Source of the DNA: Moraxella sp.
Lineage (GTDB): Bacteria > Pseudomonadota > Gammaproteobacteria > Pseudomonadales > Moraxellaceae
Assembly (NCBI GenBank): GCA_041802645.1
Contig: JBHCHC010000208.1
Coordinates: 1-51,949 of the forward strand
Length of the DNA: 51,949 bases
Reading direction: 5' to 3'
Below the pieces are notes generated by a model. That model had not been told where the DNA came from and searched no databases. It saw nothing but the letters and a program-made list of their open reading frames with translations. The position numbers and the translations under genes are program-made. Below, piece by piece: positions 9,180 through 19,189 of the stretch (the stretch's first letter is position 1; every line of letters begins with the position of its first letter).

Positions 9180-12065
9180 TTAATGGGCTTTATCCCAGTT
9201 ATCTCCTATGCCAATCTCAACCACCAAAGGCACGGCAAAATCTACTTGCCAACCTAATGTTTTGGCGGTATCAGTCAGGACGTTTTGCATGGCAGTTTTA
9301 ATGAGCTTGCCAATCTCATCAGCTTTATGAGCATCCACCTCAAACACAAGCTCATCATGCACTTGCAGTAATAATTTGGCATGTTCTTTAGGCAGTATTT
9401 CATCCACTGCCATCATGGCAAGCTTGATGATTTCGGCAGCTGAACCTTGTAAAGGAGCATTGATGCTGGCACGTTCTGCACCTTGTTTGATGATTTGGTT
9501 GGTGGAGTTAATGTCAGGGGCGTAGAGTTTGCGTCCTAAGATGGTGGTGACATACCCTGTTGATTTGGCGAAGTTTTTTGTGTTTTCCATGTAGTCATGA
9601 ATGGCAGGATAGCGAGCAAAATAGCGTTTGATGTAGTCTTTTGCAACACCATTTTCCACCCCAAGCTGCTTAGCAAGACCAAATACTCCCATGCCATATA
9701 ACAGCCCAAAATTCACCGCCTTCGCTGAGCGTCGCTCATTGGGGGTCACATCTGCCAACGCCTTACCCATAATCTCAGCAGCGGTGGCGGTGTGAATGTC
9801 TAGGTTGTTGTTAAAGGCGTGAATCAGGCTTTCATCACCGCTAAAATGTGCCATCAGCCTAAGTTCAATTTGTGAGTAATCTGCTGCCAAAATCACCCGC
9901 CCATGCGGTGCAACAAAAGCTTCACGAATCAGTCTGCCTGTGTCGGTACGAATGGGGATGTTCTGTAGATTGGGGTCGCTTGATGACAGTCTGCCCGTAC
10001 TGGTCAGGGCTTGATGATAGCTGGTATGCACCCTTCCATGCTTATCAGCGGCTTTGGCAAGAGCATCGGTGTAGGTGCTTTTGAGTTTGGATAAACTGCG
10101 ATGTTCTAGCACCACATCCACCAGTGGATGATCGATTTTGGCGAGTACGGACTCTGAGGTGGAGTATTGTCCTGTCTTGGTCTTTTTGCCACCAATGATG
10201 CCCAGCTTATCAAATAAAATCTCGCCAAGCTGTTTGGGGCTGGCGACATTGAAGGTCTCACCAGCAAGCTCGAACGCTCGTTGTTCAAGCTGACTGATTT
10301 GGTTATCAAAGACAAGTGATAACTTGCCCAAGAAGTCTGTTTTAATTAAAATACCATCATATTCCATCTGAGCTAATATTTGGGCGGTGGGGATTTCTAG
10401 ATTTTCAAGCAGCAGTCTGGCATTTTTATCTTGTTGTAGATATTGGTCAAACACCGTATATAGGCGATGAGTCAGGTCAGCATCCTCGCAAGCATAGTCG
10501 CTGGCAATATTCATGTCCACCTTATCAAAACTGAGTTGTTTGGCTCCTTTACCTGCCACATCCTCAAAGGTAGTTGTGGTTACTCCCAAATAATGTTTTG
10601 CTAAGTCATCTAAGTTGTGACGCGTGGCGGTGCCATTGATGACATAACTTGCCAACATGGTGTCCATGTGCCAATTGACGACATCAATGCCGTATTTTTT
10701 GAAAATATGGCTGTCGTATTTCATGTGCTGACCGATTTTTCCGATGGCAGGATTTTCTAGAATCGGCTTAAAAGCAGACAATACAAAGTCTCTGTCCAAC
10801 TGATTGTCCACCAAAATGTCAAAATCGCCTGTGTGTCCTACAGGAATGTAATAGGCTTCGTAATTGTCAGCGGCAACAGAGATGCCGACCAGCTCTGCTT
10901 TTTGCCAATCGATGTCGGTAGTTTCGGTATCAATGGCAAAATGAGGTGAGCGTGCCAATTTATCTATCAGACGTTGAAACTCATCAGTGGTATTGACCAA
11001 ATGGTAGTTGGTTTTTTGGATTGCCAAAGGTGTAACGGTCGGCTCATCGGCAGGCGAGTGGATGGACTTGGATGGCTTAGGATGATTTGGCGTGTCATCT
11101 GTGTCAAATAAGTCATCAGTGGAGAGGTCAGTAGATTTTAGCAATGCTGACTGCTCCGCCATTTCTTTTTTAAATTCTAATTCGTGAAACAGGGCATATA
11201 GGTCTTTGGCTCGCTCAATCTTTCTTTTTGGGTGATTGTCCAACTTGATGTCATCAAAACTGATGGGCAAAGATAAATTAGTGACAATGGTGGCAAGGGT
11301 GCGATTTAGGGGAATCTCATCTTGATGGTCGGCAATACTTTTGCCAACCATGCCTTTGATTTCTGATAGGTTTGATAAGATGCCGTCAATATCGCCATAT
11401 TCGGTGAGTAGTTTGGCGGCGGTTTTTGCACCAACCTTGGGAATGCCCGAAATGCCATCTGAGGCATCACCCATGAGTGTCAGATAATCGGTAACTTGAG
11501 TGGTATGAATGCCAAATTTGTCAAGTACGCCCGGCACATCGATGATTTTGTCTTTAAAGCTGTCCTCTAAAATCACCGCGTCATTGACTAGTTGTGCCAT
11601 GTCCTTATCCCCCGTGGAGATGACGACAGGATAACCGTGTTGGCAGGCATGATACGCGAGTGTGCCGATGATGTCGTCTGCCTCATAGCCATCTATCTTA
11701 ATAAGTGGAATGCCAAGCTTTTCAATCATCTGATGAATATAAGGTATCTGCACTCGTAAATCATCGTCCATCGGTGGGCGGTGTGCTTTATAGATGGCGG
11801 ATAATTCATGACGAAAGGTTGGAGCTTTGGTGTCAAAGGCGACCGCCATGTGGGTAGGCTTGTACTTTTTGATGAGTTTGTTTAAAGCGTTTAGCACGCC
11901 ACGTGCGGCATTGGTGGGTAGACCATTCTTATTGGATAAAGGGGGCAGACCATGAAAGCAGCGAAACAGATAATACGAACCATCCACAAGGATGACAGGA
12001 GGTTGATTTTTGTCAATGTGAGAGGTGTCAAAGGTGGCAAGATTGGGGATATTGATGTGCGTCAT
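9180..12065 (-). CDS. polA: DNA polymerase I
   Basis: 5'-3' exonuclease (LVDGS, EADDIIG, TGDKD), 3'-5' exonuclease (DTETT) and polymerase motifs (ADYSQIELR, AKAVNFGLLYG, QVHDEL). Confidence 0.99.
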   Translation of the reverse strand: MTHINIPNLATFDTSHIDKNQPPVILVDGSYYLFRCFHGLPPLSNKNGLPTNAARGVLNALNKLIKKYKPTHMAVAFDTKAPTFRHELSAIYKAHRPPMDDDLRVQIPYIHQMIEKLGIPLIKIDGYEADDIIGTLAYHACQHGYPVVISTGDKDMAQLVNDAVILEDSFKDKIIDVPGVLDKFGIHTTQVTDYLTLMGDASDGISGIPKVGAKTAAKLLTEYGDIDGILSNLSEIKGMVGKSIADHQDEIPLNRTLATIVTNLSLPISFDDIKLDNHPKRKIERAKDLYALFHELEFKKEMAEQSALLKSTDLSTDDLFDTDDTPNHPKPSKSIHSPADEPTVTPLAIQKTNYHLVNTTDEFQRLIDKLARSPHFAIDTETTDIDWQKAELVGISVAADNYEAYYIPVGHTGDFDILVDNQLDRDFVLSAFKPILENPAIGKIGQHMKYDSHIFKKYGIDVVNWHMDTMLASYVINGTATRHNLDDLAKHYLGVTTTTFEDVAGKGAKQLSFDKVDMNIASDYACEDADLTHRLYTVFDQYLQQDKNARLLLENLEIPTAQILAQMEYDGILIKTDFLGKLSLVFDNQISQLEQRAFELAGETFNVASPKQLGEILFDKLGIIGGKKTKTGQYSTSESVLAKIDHPLVDVVLEHRSLSKLKSTYTDALAKAADKHGRVHTSYHQALTSTGRLSSSDPNLQNIPIRTDTGRLIREAFVAPHGRVILAADYSQIELRLMAHFSGDESLIHAFNNNLDIHTATAAEIMGKALADVTPNERRSAKAVNFGLLYGMGVFGLAKQLGVENGVAKDYIKRYFARYPAIHDYMENTKNFAKSTGYVTTILGRKLYAPDINSTNQIIKQGAERASINAPLQGSAAEIIKLAMMAVDEILPKEHAKLLLQVHDELVFEVDAHKADEIGKLIKTAMQNVLTDTAKTLGWQVDFAVPLVVEIGIGDNWDKAH

Positions 12066-12204
12066 GCTTTTTAAGATGGGTTAGGGTTTGGGTTATTATA
12101 GCTAAATTTTTGGGGTTTTGATATGGTGGATTTTCCAAAGTGGTTGTATTTGTTTTGAACTGTGTTTAAAATAAATCAAACAAACTTTTATCAGAAGGTG
12201 TGTT

Positions 12205-12744
12205 GTGAAAATGAACGTCTTAAAAATGGCATTGGTAGGCATGCTGTGTTTTGTCATGCACGCCCATGCTTATCCAACTTCTGTTCCCATAGAAGCCATC
12301 CAAAAGGTAGCCACACCTGACAACATCAGCGAAGATAAACTCAAAGATAAACTCATCGGTACTTGGCAATGCACCTATCGTAGTTATGATGTAGATCATG
12401 AGGCGAAGCTTATTTTTATGCCAGATGGCAAACTTATCAGTCAAATCAATTACGTAATAAAAGACCCTATTATCGGCACGGCTGTTGTTCATACTCATCG
12501 AGATTGGCGAGTGTTTGATAATAGCGGTATGTGGATTTTGGCAGAACAAGTGGCACAAGTGACTCGTTTTGAGGTGAGTGATTTACTGCAATCGCAATTG
12601 ACCCTTAAGTCTTACTTGGATAAAAGCTTGGTCACAGAGAGCGTCATGAGCTTTGATGAAAAAGATGGTCAACAGAGATTGACACGTCTAAATGGTGCTT
12701 GGGGATTTTTATTGGGTGAGTGTATTAAAGAGTCAGATAAGTAA
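12205..12744 (+). CDS. Hypothetical exported protein
   Basis: Sec signal ending AHA; LIGTWQC lipocalin-like start; two Cys in the mature region. Start may be GTG 12205 or ATG 12211. Confidence 0.7.
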   Translation: MKMNVLKMALVGMLCFVMHAHAYPTSVPIEAIQKVATPDNISEDKLKDKLIGTWQCTYRSYDVDHEAKLIFMPDGKLISQINYVIKDPIIGTAVVHTHRDWRVFDNSGMWILAEQVAQVTRFEVSDLLQSQLTLKSYLDKSLVTESVMSFDEKDGQQRLTRLNGAWGFLLGECIKESDK

Positions 12745-13085
12745 AGACCGACCCCGTCCGTGCCATCATTTGTTCTTTAGTACACGCTTGATTTACTTTC
12801 TAAAAACCAGACTGATTCATGGCTTTCATAAGCCTCAAGAAGCTACCCTGATTTGGTGTTGGGTCGGTTGGTAAATTTTGGTATCATCACGACAGCCTTG
12901 CAGATGGCAATATCGATGATGGCTGTATTATCCATGAGCTGTCTGAGTGATTGAGATGACGGTTTTGGTTTATTAAAATCGGACTGGCGATGATATCTTT
13001 ATGTCCATAACAGCCTTAAATAACAAGGCAATGTTTGGGTCTAAGTAATGCTACTATGGGCTTAGGCATATCGCCTAAGATGTTG

Positions 13086-14507
13086 TTATGCCTCATCATG
13101 TTTCGCACCATCAAAGTGCACCACCATGCGTCTGCTGTAACGCTCCAAATACCACCCCAAGAATAACGCCGCCACTGCAAGTGAGATGACCAAAGCTGTC
13201 CAGAATCCATAAATCCCCATGTCAAAATAAAATGCCAGTACAATACCAGGCATGAGTCCACAGCCCCAAAAGGCAATGATGTGGATAATCATGGGTATCG
13301 TGGTGACCTTATAGCCACGTAGGGCATAGCTTGCCACACACTGAATGGCGTCCACCAACTGAAAGGCGGCAGCATAGAGAATAACAGCAGCGGCAATGGC
13401 AATAACAGCGGTGTCTTTGGTATAAAGTTCTGCCAAATGCTCACGCCCCACTACCAAAAATGTTGCGGTCACAAATGAAATGGCGACTGCCCCAGACAAT
13501 GCCACGCCACTACCATAGCGAGCAAGTGCAGGTTCACGCTGACCCATTGCCATCCCGACACGCACGGTGCTGGCAATGCCGAGGCTTTGGGGTATCATAA
13601 AGATGAGTGAAGTGATATTAATGACAACTTGCTGGGCAGCAACATAATTCTCAGTGCTACCATCTAATCGAGCCACCAAAAACATGATACAGGTAAATAA
13701 ACTGACTTCAATAAAAAACGACAGTCCAATCGGTATGCCTAATTTGGTTAAATCCCCAAAGAGTTTCATGTCAGGCAGGCTAAATTTATCGGTCAAGCCA
13801 TATTGATGAAAATAACGGTCCTTAGCGATATAAATACCAAGCACGACGGCATTCAACCAAAAAACAATCGCAGTCGCCAATCCACAGCCTGCACCACCCA
13901 AAGCAGGCATGCCAAATTTGCCATAGACAAAGACGTAATTTAAAGGGATGTTAGCAAAGAAACATAGCCAGCTAACAATCATAATGGCTTTGGGTTTGTT
14001 TAGGCTTGATGCATAAGCGTGCAGCCCACGGTGTATCATGGCAGCAGGCATGGCAAGACCGATGAACCACAGGTATTCTTTGGTGATGGCGAGTGTGTTG
14101 GAGCTAAGATGACCAAAATAATGCTCAAAGGGTAGTATTGCCATCCAGATGAGCGCCATGCCAATCACGCCTGTCAGCAGTCCATACCAAACACCTTGAC
14201 GTCCAAGCTCGCCAATATCGGTTGCTCTGCCCTCACCCTTATGAGTTGCACCGTATTGCTGGGCAATCAATGGGTTTAGAGCAGTCATGACTCCAAGTAA
14301 GGTCACGTATACCGTGACAAACAGACTGTTGCCCAGTCCCACCGCTGACAAATCCTCTTTGCTGATGCTGCCTGCCATGACGGTATCAACAAAGCCTGTG
14401 CCCACTTGGGCGACTTGAGATAATAAGATAGGCAGAGCAAGCGTGATGAGGGCAACAAACTCTTTTTTGTACTCGTCAAAAGAGTGGCGGTTTAGATCAA
14501 ATAACAT
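13086..14507 (-). CDS. norM: MATE-family efflux transporter NorM
   Basis: QVAQVGTGFVDTVMAG, PLNYVFVYGKFGMPALGGAGCG and ALRGYK motifs; about 12 TM segments. Confidence 0.9.
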   Translation of the reverse strand: MLFDLNRHSFDEYKKEFVALITLALPILLSQVAQVGTGFVDTVMAGSISKEDLSAVGLGNSLFVTVYVTLLGVMTALNPLIAQQYGATHKGEGRATDIGELGRQGVWYGLLTGVIGMALIWMAILPFEHYFGHLSSNTLAITKEYLWFIGLAMPAAMIHRGLHAYASSLNKPKAIMIVSWLCFFANIPLNYVFVYGKFGMPALGGAGCGLATAIVFWLNAVVLGIYIAKDRYFHQYGLTDKFSLPDMKLFGDLTKLGIPIGLSFFIEVSLFTCIMFLVARLDGSTENYVAAQQVVINITSLIFMIPQSLGIASTVRVGMAMGQREPALARYGSGVALSGAVAISFVTATFLVVGREHLAELYTKDTAVIAIAAAVILYAAAFQLVDAIQCVASYALRGYKVTTIPMIIHIIAFWGCGLMPGIVLAFYFDMGIYGFWTALVISLAVAALFLGWYLERYSRRMVVHFDGAKHDEA

Positions 14508-14594
14508 GGGTGTTAATGAATGAAAATTTGGCGTATTTTATCATGAAACCCAGTTCGGTCTGCTTATTTTGATGTGGGTTTGTCTTGGTGGTGA

Positions 14595-15719
14595 TTATTT
14601 TGCCTGTTCCCACCACTTATCAAAACTGTCATCCGTCCCAAAATTTTCCCCAATCTGTGGCGTGATGTAACGCACACCTTTTGCATCCGCCTCTTTGGTA
14701 AAACGTTGAGCAGGTTCACTCCAAGGGTGGTAGGCTAGGTCATATTTGCCCCAATGCACAGGTAAAGCAAGACGAGCCTTAGCATCTATCACTGCTTGTA
14801 CAGACTGCTCTGGCATCATGTGAATGTCTGACCAGTTGATGTTATATGCCCCATTTTCTACAAGCATCAAATCAAAACCGTCTTTTGGAGCATATTTCTC
14901 TGCAATATCAGAAAAATGCTTGCCATAGCCGCTGTCACCTGTATAGTATAGGGAAAAATCAGAAGATTTTACCACCCAACCTCCCCATAAGCTCGTGCCT
15001 TTGGTGCCGATGTTGCGTCCGCCATAGTGATGTGCAGGGACGTAGATGAGTTCTAGCCCGTCTATCACAGCTTTCTCATGCCAGCTGAATTCTGTGATTT
15101 TATCAGGATTGACCCCCCAACGAACCAGATGCGACTTAACCCCAAGAGGTACGATAAATTTGCCGACCCGCTCATGGATTTCTGTGACAGCTTTCATGTC
15201 TAGGTGGTCATAATGGTCATGGCTTATCAGGACAATGTCAATGGCAGGCAAGTCAGATGTGGCAGGCAGGTTTGTCATTGGGTAGGGTGAGCCACCAAGA
15301 GGTATGGGAGATACCCGATAAAAAACAGGGTCGGTAATGAGTGTTTTATCACCCATTTTAAAAAGCACGGTTGAATGTCCAAGCCAAGTAAAGCGGTTAT
15401 TTTCGGTAGGTAAGTTCTCACTTAATGGGAGTGTGGGCAGTGGCTGGGTGGGATGTTTGCCATCAGCAGGGTTAAAAATATTGATAAAAAAATCAACCAA
15501 CCCCAATTGCTCGCTCTCTGGTACAGGTTCACGGATGATGGTTTCTAAGTTATCAAAGCGACCATCTTGATAGTTGCTCATCTTTGCCATGCGAGCCAAA
15601 GTCGCCGTGTCTGCTTGACCACCAAATACCGGAGAGAGATTGATGAAAGAAAATAGACCGATGGCAAGCGTCAAGATGGTCAAAACAAAGTATTTTAAGG
15701 CAAAAAGTAAGAAGGGCAT
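14595..15719 (-). CDS. MBL-fold metallo-hydrolase (RomA/NAPE-PLD-like), N-terminal membrane anchor
   Basis: TWLGHST, ISHDHYDHLD, YTGDSGY, IHMMPE and PVHWG motifs. Confidence 0.88.
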   Translation of the reverse strand: MPFLLFALKYFVLTILTLAIGLFSFINLSPVFGGQADTATLARMAKMSNYQDGRFDNLETIIREPVPESEQLGLVDFFINIFNPADGKHPTQPLPTLPLSENLPTENNRFTWLGHSTVLFKMGDKTLITDPVFYRVSPIPLGGSPYPMTNLPATSDLPAIDIVLISHDHYDHLDMKAVTEIHERVGKFIVPLGVKSHLVRWGVNPDKITEFSWHEKAVIDGLELIYVPAHHYGGRNIGTKGTSLWGGWVVKSSDFSLYYTGDSGYGKHFSDIAEKYAPKDGFDLMLVENGAYNINWSDIHMMPEQSVQAVIDAKARLALPVHWGKYDLAYHPWSEPAQRFTKEADAKGVRYITPQIGENFGTDDSFDKWWEQAK

Positions 15720-16093
15720 GGGGTGAATGTATGATGGTAATTAAAAATGAGATGATAAAATAGGTGATGTTCGATGATGATAAAGTTGATCATCACATAA
15801 ATAAAGTGCGTGAATTTTAGGATAAAAGTCAGCCATAAACAAGATAATAATCGGGACGATTTTGTCACTTTTATGTTATCAGTATTGCTAAAAAACAAAA
15901 AAAGTCGTATGATGAAAAGAGTAAGTATCAAGACAGGATACAGGATGGGGTGTCTTAAAAAGATGCTTAAGCTAAAAGAGCTGTCAATACATCGGTTCAC
16001 AAATAACACAGCAATAAAATAATGATAAACACAAGATTGCCACTTCATGCTATCTATACATACTATCTTATAGCCTTAGACTGATAAGAATTT

Positions 16094-16540
16094 GTGTCTT
16101 TATCTCATCAGATTAACCACAAGGGTACACACATACAACGCATCAAAACACTATCCGTATTGACAGTCTTTTTATTACCCATTGTCAGTTCTGCCGATTC
16201 TTTTTGGAATCATAATGGCTCTGTCATGAGACTGCAAGCCTATGGTAATGAACGAATGATGACTTACGAGGTACCAAGTGATAGAATGCAAGGTGCTGGC
16301 GTTGATTATGGTACGATGTATTTTAATGGTTTTAGACAGGGCAATAAGTATTATGGGACGGCACGAGTATTTTCAAAATACTGTCTTTGCCCCATTGAAT
16401 ATGACGTGAGTGGCACGGTGATTAATGAGCGTAAAATCGTATTAAAAGGCTCTCGCCCCACTTATGGTACAGGCTGCCGTCCAACAGGTGGTATAAGTCA
16501 TGATGTGCTTGAATTTTATTACATGAGTTCTGAAAGATGA
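16094..16540 (+). CDS. Hypothetical exported protein (WNHNGS motif); start codon uncertain
   Basis: Signal-peptide-like segment followed by SFWNHNGSVMRL and YYGTARVFS. The best RBS precedes an ATA at 16133. Confidence 0.6.
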   Translation: MSLSHQINHKGTHIQRIKTLSVLTVFLLPIVSSADSFWNHNGSVMRLQAYGNERMMTYEVPSDRMQGAGVDYGTMYFNGFRQGNKYYGTARVFSKYCLCPIEYDVSGTVINERKIVLKGSRPTYGTGCRPTGGISHDVLEFYYMSSER

Positions 16541-16574
16541 CAAGCTGATCATTCATATCGCCAAATTATCATCA

Positions 16575-16613
16575 AACACCCCAAAATTAGCCATCAGGAA
16601 ATTTTGGGGTGTT
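16575..16613. terminator. Hairpin / probable bidirectional terminator between convergent genes
   Basis: 14-bp perfect IR AACACCCCAAAATT/AATTTTGGGGTGTT. Confidence 0.7.
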
Positions 16614-16625
16614 CTGACGGTCGGT

Positions 16626-17339
16626 CTAAGCAAGCTTTTGGGTGGGATTATGGTGTTTGTGTTTATTAAATGAGCGTTCAAACCCACGAAATAACGCCAA
16701 AATCAGCCATGAAATGAGTAGATAAATGATGCCTGCAGCAAAATAAATCTCAAGCGTTAGATAAGTTTTGGAAATGATGACCTTGGAGGTATACATCAGA
16801 TCCATGACCGTAATCGTAGATGCCAATGCTGAGCCTTTTAACATAAAAATAACCTCGTTGCTGTATGCAGGTATCATGATGCCAAAGGCACGAGGGAGAG
16901 TAATGCGAGTGAATTTTTGCAGGGCAGACATGCCTAAGGCATCTGCCGCTTCAAGCTCGCCTGTTGGTACCGCCATAATCGCCCCACGCACTATCTCAGC
17001 AATGTAGGCTGCGGTATTTAGGGTAAAAGCGATGATGGCACACCAATAGGCTTGGCTCAATACAGGGGTCCACAACACGCTTTCTTGAATGGCTTTAAAT
17101 TGCCCCAAGCCATAATAAATCAGAAAAATCTGCACAAGCAGGGGTGTGCCACGAAAGAAAAAAATGTACAAAAAGGGAAAAGTCGCCACCAAAGGATTTT
17201 TGGATAAACGCAGCAGTGCCAGTACGATGCCCAAAATAAGCCCAACAATACTCGATAAAACCACCAACTCTAAGGTAGTAATGGAGGCTTTTAGGAGTTC
17301 GGGGAAGTGCGTGATGACCGCTTGCCAGTTCCAGTTCAT
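16626..17339 (-). CDS. Polar amino acid ABC transporter permease (HisM/ArtM-like)
   Basis: FRGTPLLVQ and AYIAEIVRG..GELEAA (EAA loop); overlaps the upstream permease stop (ATGA). Confidence 0.92.
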   Translation of the reverse strand: MNWNWQAVITHFPELLKASITTLELVVLSSIVGLILGIVLALLRLSKNPLVATFPFLYIFFFRGTPLLVQIFLIYYGLGQFKAIQESVLWTPVLSQAYWCAIIAFTLNTAAYIAEIVRGAIMAVPTGELEAADALGMSALQKFTRITLPRAFGIMIPAYSNEVIFMLKGSALASTITVMDLMYTSKVIISKTYLTLEIYFAAGIIYLLISWLILALFRGFERSFNKHKHHNPTQKLA

Positions 17340-18067
17340 GCATTTGCCCCTTTTAGTTTGTGTTTAAGCAGTTTTTTGGCGTAGCGTTTGGCAGGATTGG
17401 CTCGCCATTCGCCAAAACTGATAAAGGCGGTCACCACGATGGTCAAACAAAGATATATTAATGCTGCCACCAAATAAAAGGTAAATGGCTCTTGGGTGGA
17501 CTGAGCGGCACGAGACGAGTAGTAAATCAAATCTTTTAGCCCGATGAGTGAGACCAAAGCGGTATCTTTTAATAGCACCAAAAATAGATTGCCCAGCCCA
17601 GGCAAAGCAACTATCCACATCTGGGGTAAAATGATGCGAAAAAATGTCTGCATGGGCCTCATGCCAAGCGACTGAGCAGCCTCCCATTGCCCTTTGGGAA
17701 TTTCTCCAATCGCCATGCGAAACACTTCAGTGGCATAGGCACCGAACATGAATGATAATGCCACCACCCCAGGCCAAAAACTGCCAATATCAATCCGCCC
17801 ACGATAACCAAATACTTCTTTGGCGATGAACGAGACCAGCATGTCACCCCCAAAATAAATGGCAAATACCACAAGCAGTTCAGGAATGCCACGCACCACT
17901 GTGGTATAGATATCAGCAAGTTGCTTTAAAGGCCAGATATTGGAGAGCTTGGCAGTGGCTCCAAGTAGCCCAAAAATAAGCCCAAACACAAGACTGGTCA
18001 TGCCCAGCTTGATGGTCAATAGGGTGCCTTGCAGGAGTAAATCAGTGTATCCGTGGAGTTCTAGCAT
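17336..18067 (-). CDS. Polar amino acid ABC transporter permease (HisQ/ArtQ-like)
   Basis: RGIPELL, AYATEVFR..GQWEAA and LLKDTALVS motifs. Confidence 0.92.
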   Translation of the reverse strand: MLELHGYTDLLLQGTLLTIKLGMTSLVFGLIFGLLGATAKLSNIWPLKQLADIYTTVVRGIPELLVVFAIYFGGDMLVSFIAKEVFGYRGRIDIGSFWPGVVALSFMFGAYATEVFRMAIGEIPKGQWEAAQSLGMRPMQTFFRIILPQMWIVALPGLGNLFLVLLKDTALVSLIGLKDLIYYSSRAAQSTQEPFTFYLVAALIYLCLTIVVTAFISFGEWRANPAKRYAKKLLKHKLKGANA

Positions 18068-18132
18068 GAGGGGCGGTCTTTGTGGTTGTTAGGGGTTAAA
18101 CCTGTTCTTAGTAGTTTGTTCTCATTATCATC

Positions 18133-18171
18133 AATCAAAAATAGACAAGTAAGCCTTGTCTATTTTTGATT
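18133..18171. terminator. Long intra-cluster hairpin between third SBP gene and permeases
   Basis: 17-bp perfect IR AATCAAAAATAGACAAG/CTTGTCTATTTTTGATT with a 5-nt loop. Confidence 0.65.
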
Positions 18172-18275
18172 CTATCATCTTAGATATTTTGACAAAACAG
18201 AACAAAATATCTATTTTATCAAATTTTTGTAAAATTGTGTTAAGTTTTTGAAATAACTACAAAAAAGCAAAACAA

Positions 18276-19079
18276 TCATTTACTAATCATGCCCTCACCA
18301 AAATGCTTCACGACGATTTTATCATACGTACCATCCGCCTTGATGGCAGCTAAGGCTTGATTGAATTTACCGAGTAACTCTTCATCACCCTTATTGACCG
18401 CCACGGCAAATTTATCATTGATGTCAATCTCATTGCCTTTAATACTAAAGTTCTTTCCAGTCTCACTATTTAACCACGTCATCGCAGGGAGCTTGTCACT
18501 GATGACCACGTCTGAGCGGTTATTGCCCAAATCCAAGAAAGCATTATCAAGTGTGCCATGCAAGGTGGGTTTGACCTCAGGATAAGTGTTGGTTAACCAT
18601 TGGCTAGAGATGGTTGAGCCTTGGGCGGAAATTTTGGCAGATTTGATGTCATCGGCATTGGCAGGATTGAAAGGACTGTCATTTTTGGCGACAAAAACCA
18701 AGGTGTTGACAAAATAGGGCTCACTAAAATTCACCTGCTCGGCACGCTCAGGAGTCACAGACATGGCAGAAACGATGGCATCAAACTTTCCTGCCTTAAG
18801 AGCGGGAATAATGCCATCCCAGTCTTGAGCATCAATCTGGCAGGTGACCGCCATTTTTTGGCACAGAGCTTGGGTGATGTCTACATCAAAGCCTGCTAGC
18901 GAACCATCATTGTTGGTGTAATTAAAGGGAGCGTACGCACCTTCGGTAGCAATACGTAAGCTCTTATGACTGTCTGTGGTCTGAATCGCGGCTTGTTCAG
19001 TGGTTTTGGCCGGTTTGTCACTGCTGCAAGCCGTTAAAAGCAGGATGCTGATGAGGGTCATGAATAGAGGGTGTTTCAT
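18276..19079 (-). CDS. Polar amino acid ABC substrate-binding lipoprotein (SBP family 3)
   Basis: Lipobox LTAC; ATEGAYAPF, GFDVDI and QDWDGIIPAL motifs. Start placed at ATG 19079 behind an AGGA RBS. Confidence 0.92.
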   Translation of the reverse strand: MKHPLFMTLISILLLTACSSDKPAKTTEQAAIQTTDSHKSLRIATEGAYAPFNYTNNDGSLAGFDVDITQALCQKMAVTCQIDAQDWDGIIPALKAGKFDAIVSAMSVTPERAEQVNFSEPYFVNTLVFVAKNDSPFNPANADDIKSAKISAQGSTISSQWLTNTYPEVKPTLHGTLDNAFLDLGNNRSDVVISDKLPAMTWLNSETGKNFSIKGNEIDINDKFAVAVNKGDEELLGKFNQALAAIKADGTYDKIVVKHFGEGMISK

Positions 19080-19103
19080 AAGGGAGTCCTTAAATTCATC
19101 ATC

Positions 19104-19131
19104 AAAAAAGCATGGGTAGCTCACCCATGCT
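19104..19131 (-). terminator. Intrinsic terminator-like hairpin between SBP genes
   Basis: 9-bp IR AGCATGGGT/ACCCATGCT followed by a T-run on the minus strand. Confidence 0.65.
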
Positions 19132-19189
19132 AATACATCAAGGTTCTAAACTAGCATGGGTTGGGTTGCTGGTTTAGAGTCTATATCAA

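Noticed and set aside
14595-15719. Metallo-beta-lactamase resistance gene
   Set aside because: Motif set (HDHYDHLD, GDSGY, HMMPE, HWG) and length fit RomA/NAPE-PLD-like hydrolases, not class B beta-lactamases.
15695-16048. 117-aa minus-strand ORF and overlapping 70-aa plus-strand ORF
   Set aside because: AT-rich divergent intergenic DNA, biased composition, no motif; the minus ORF also overlaps the MBL gene start.
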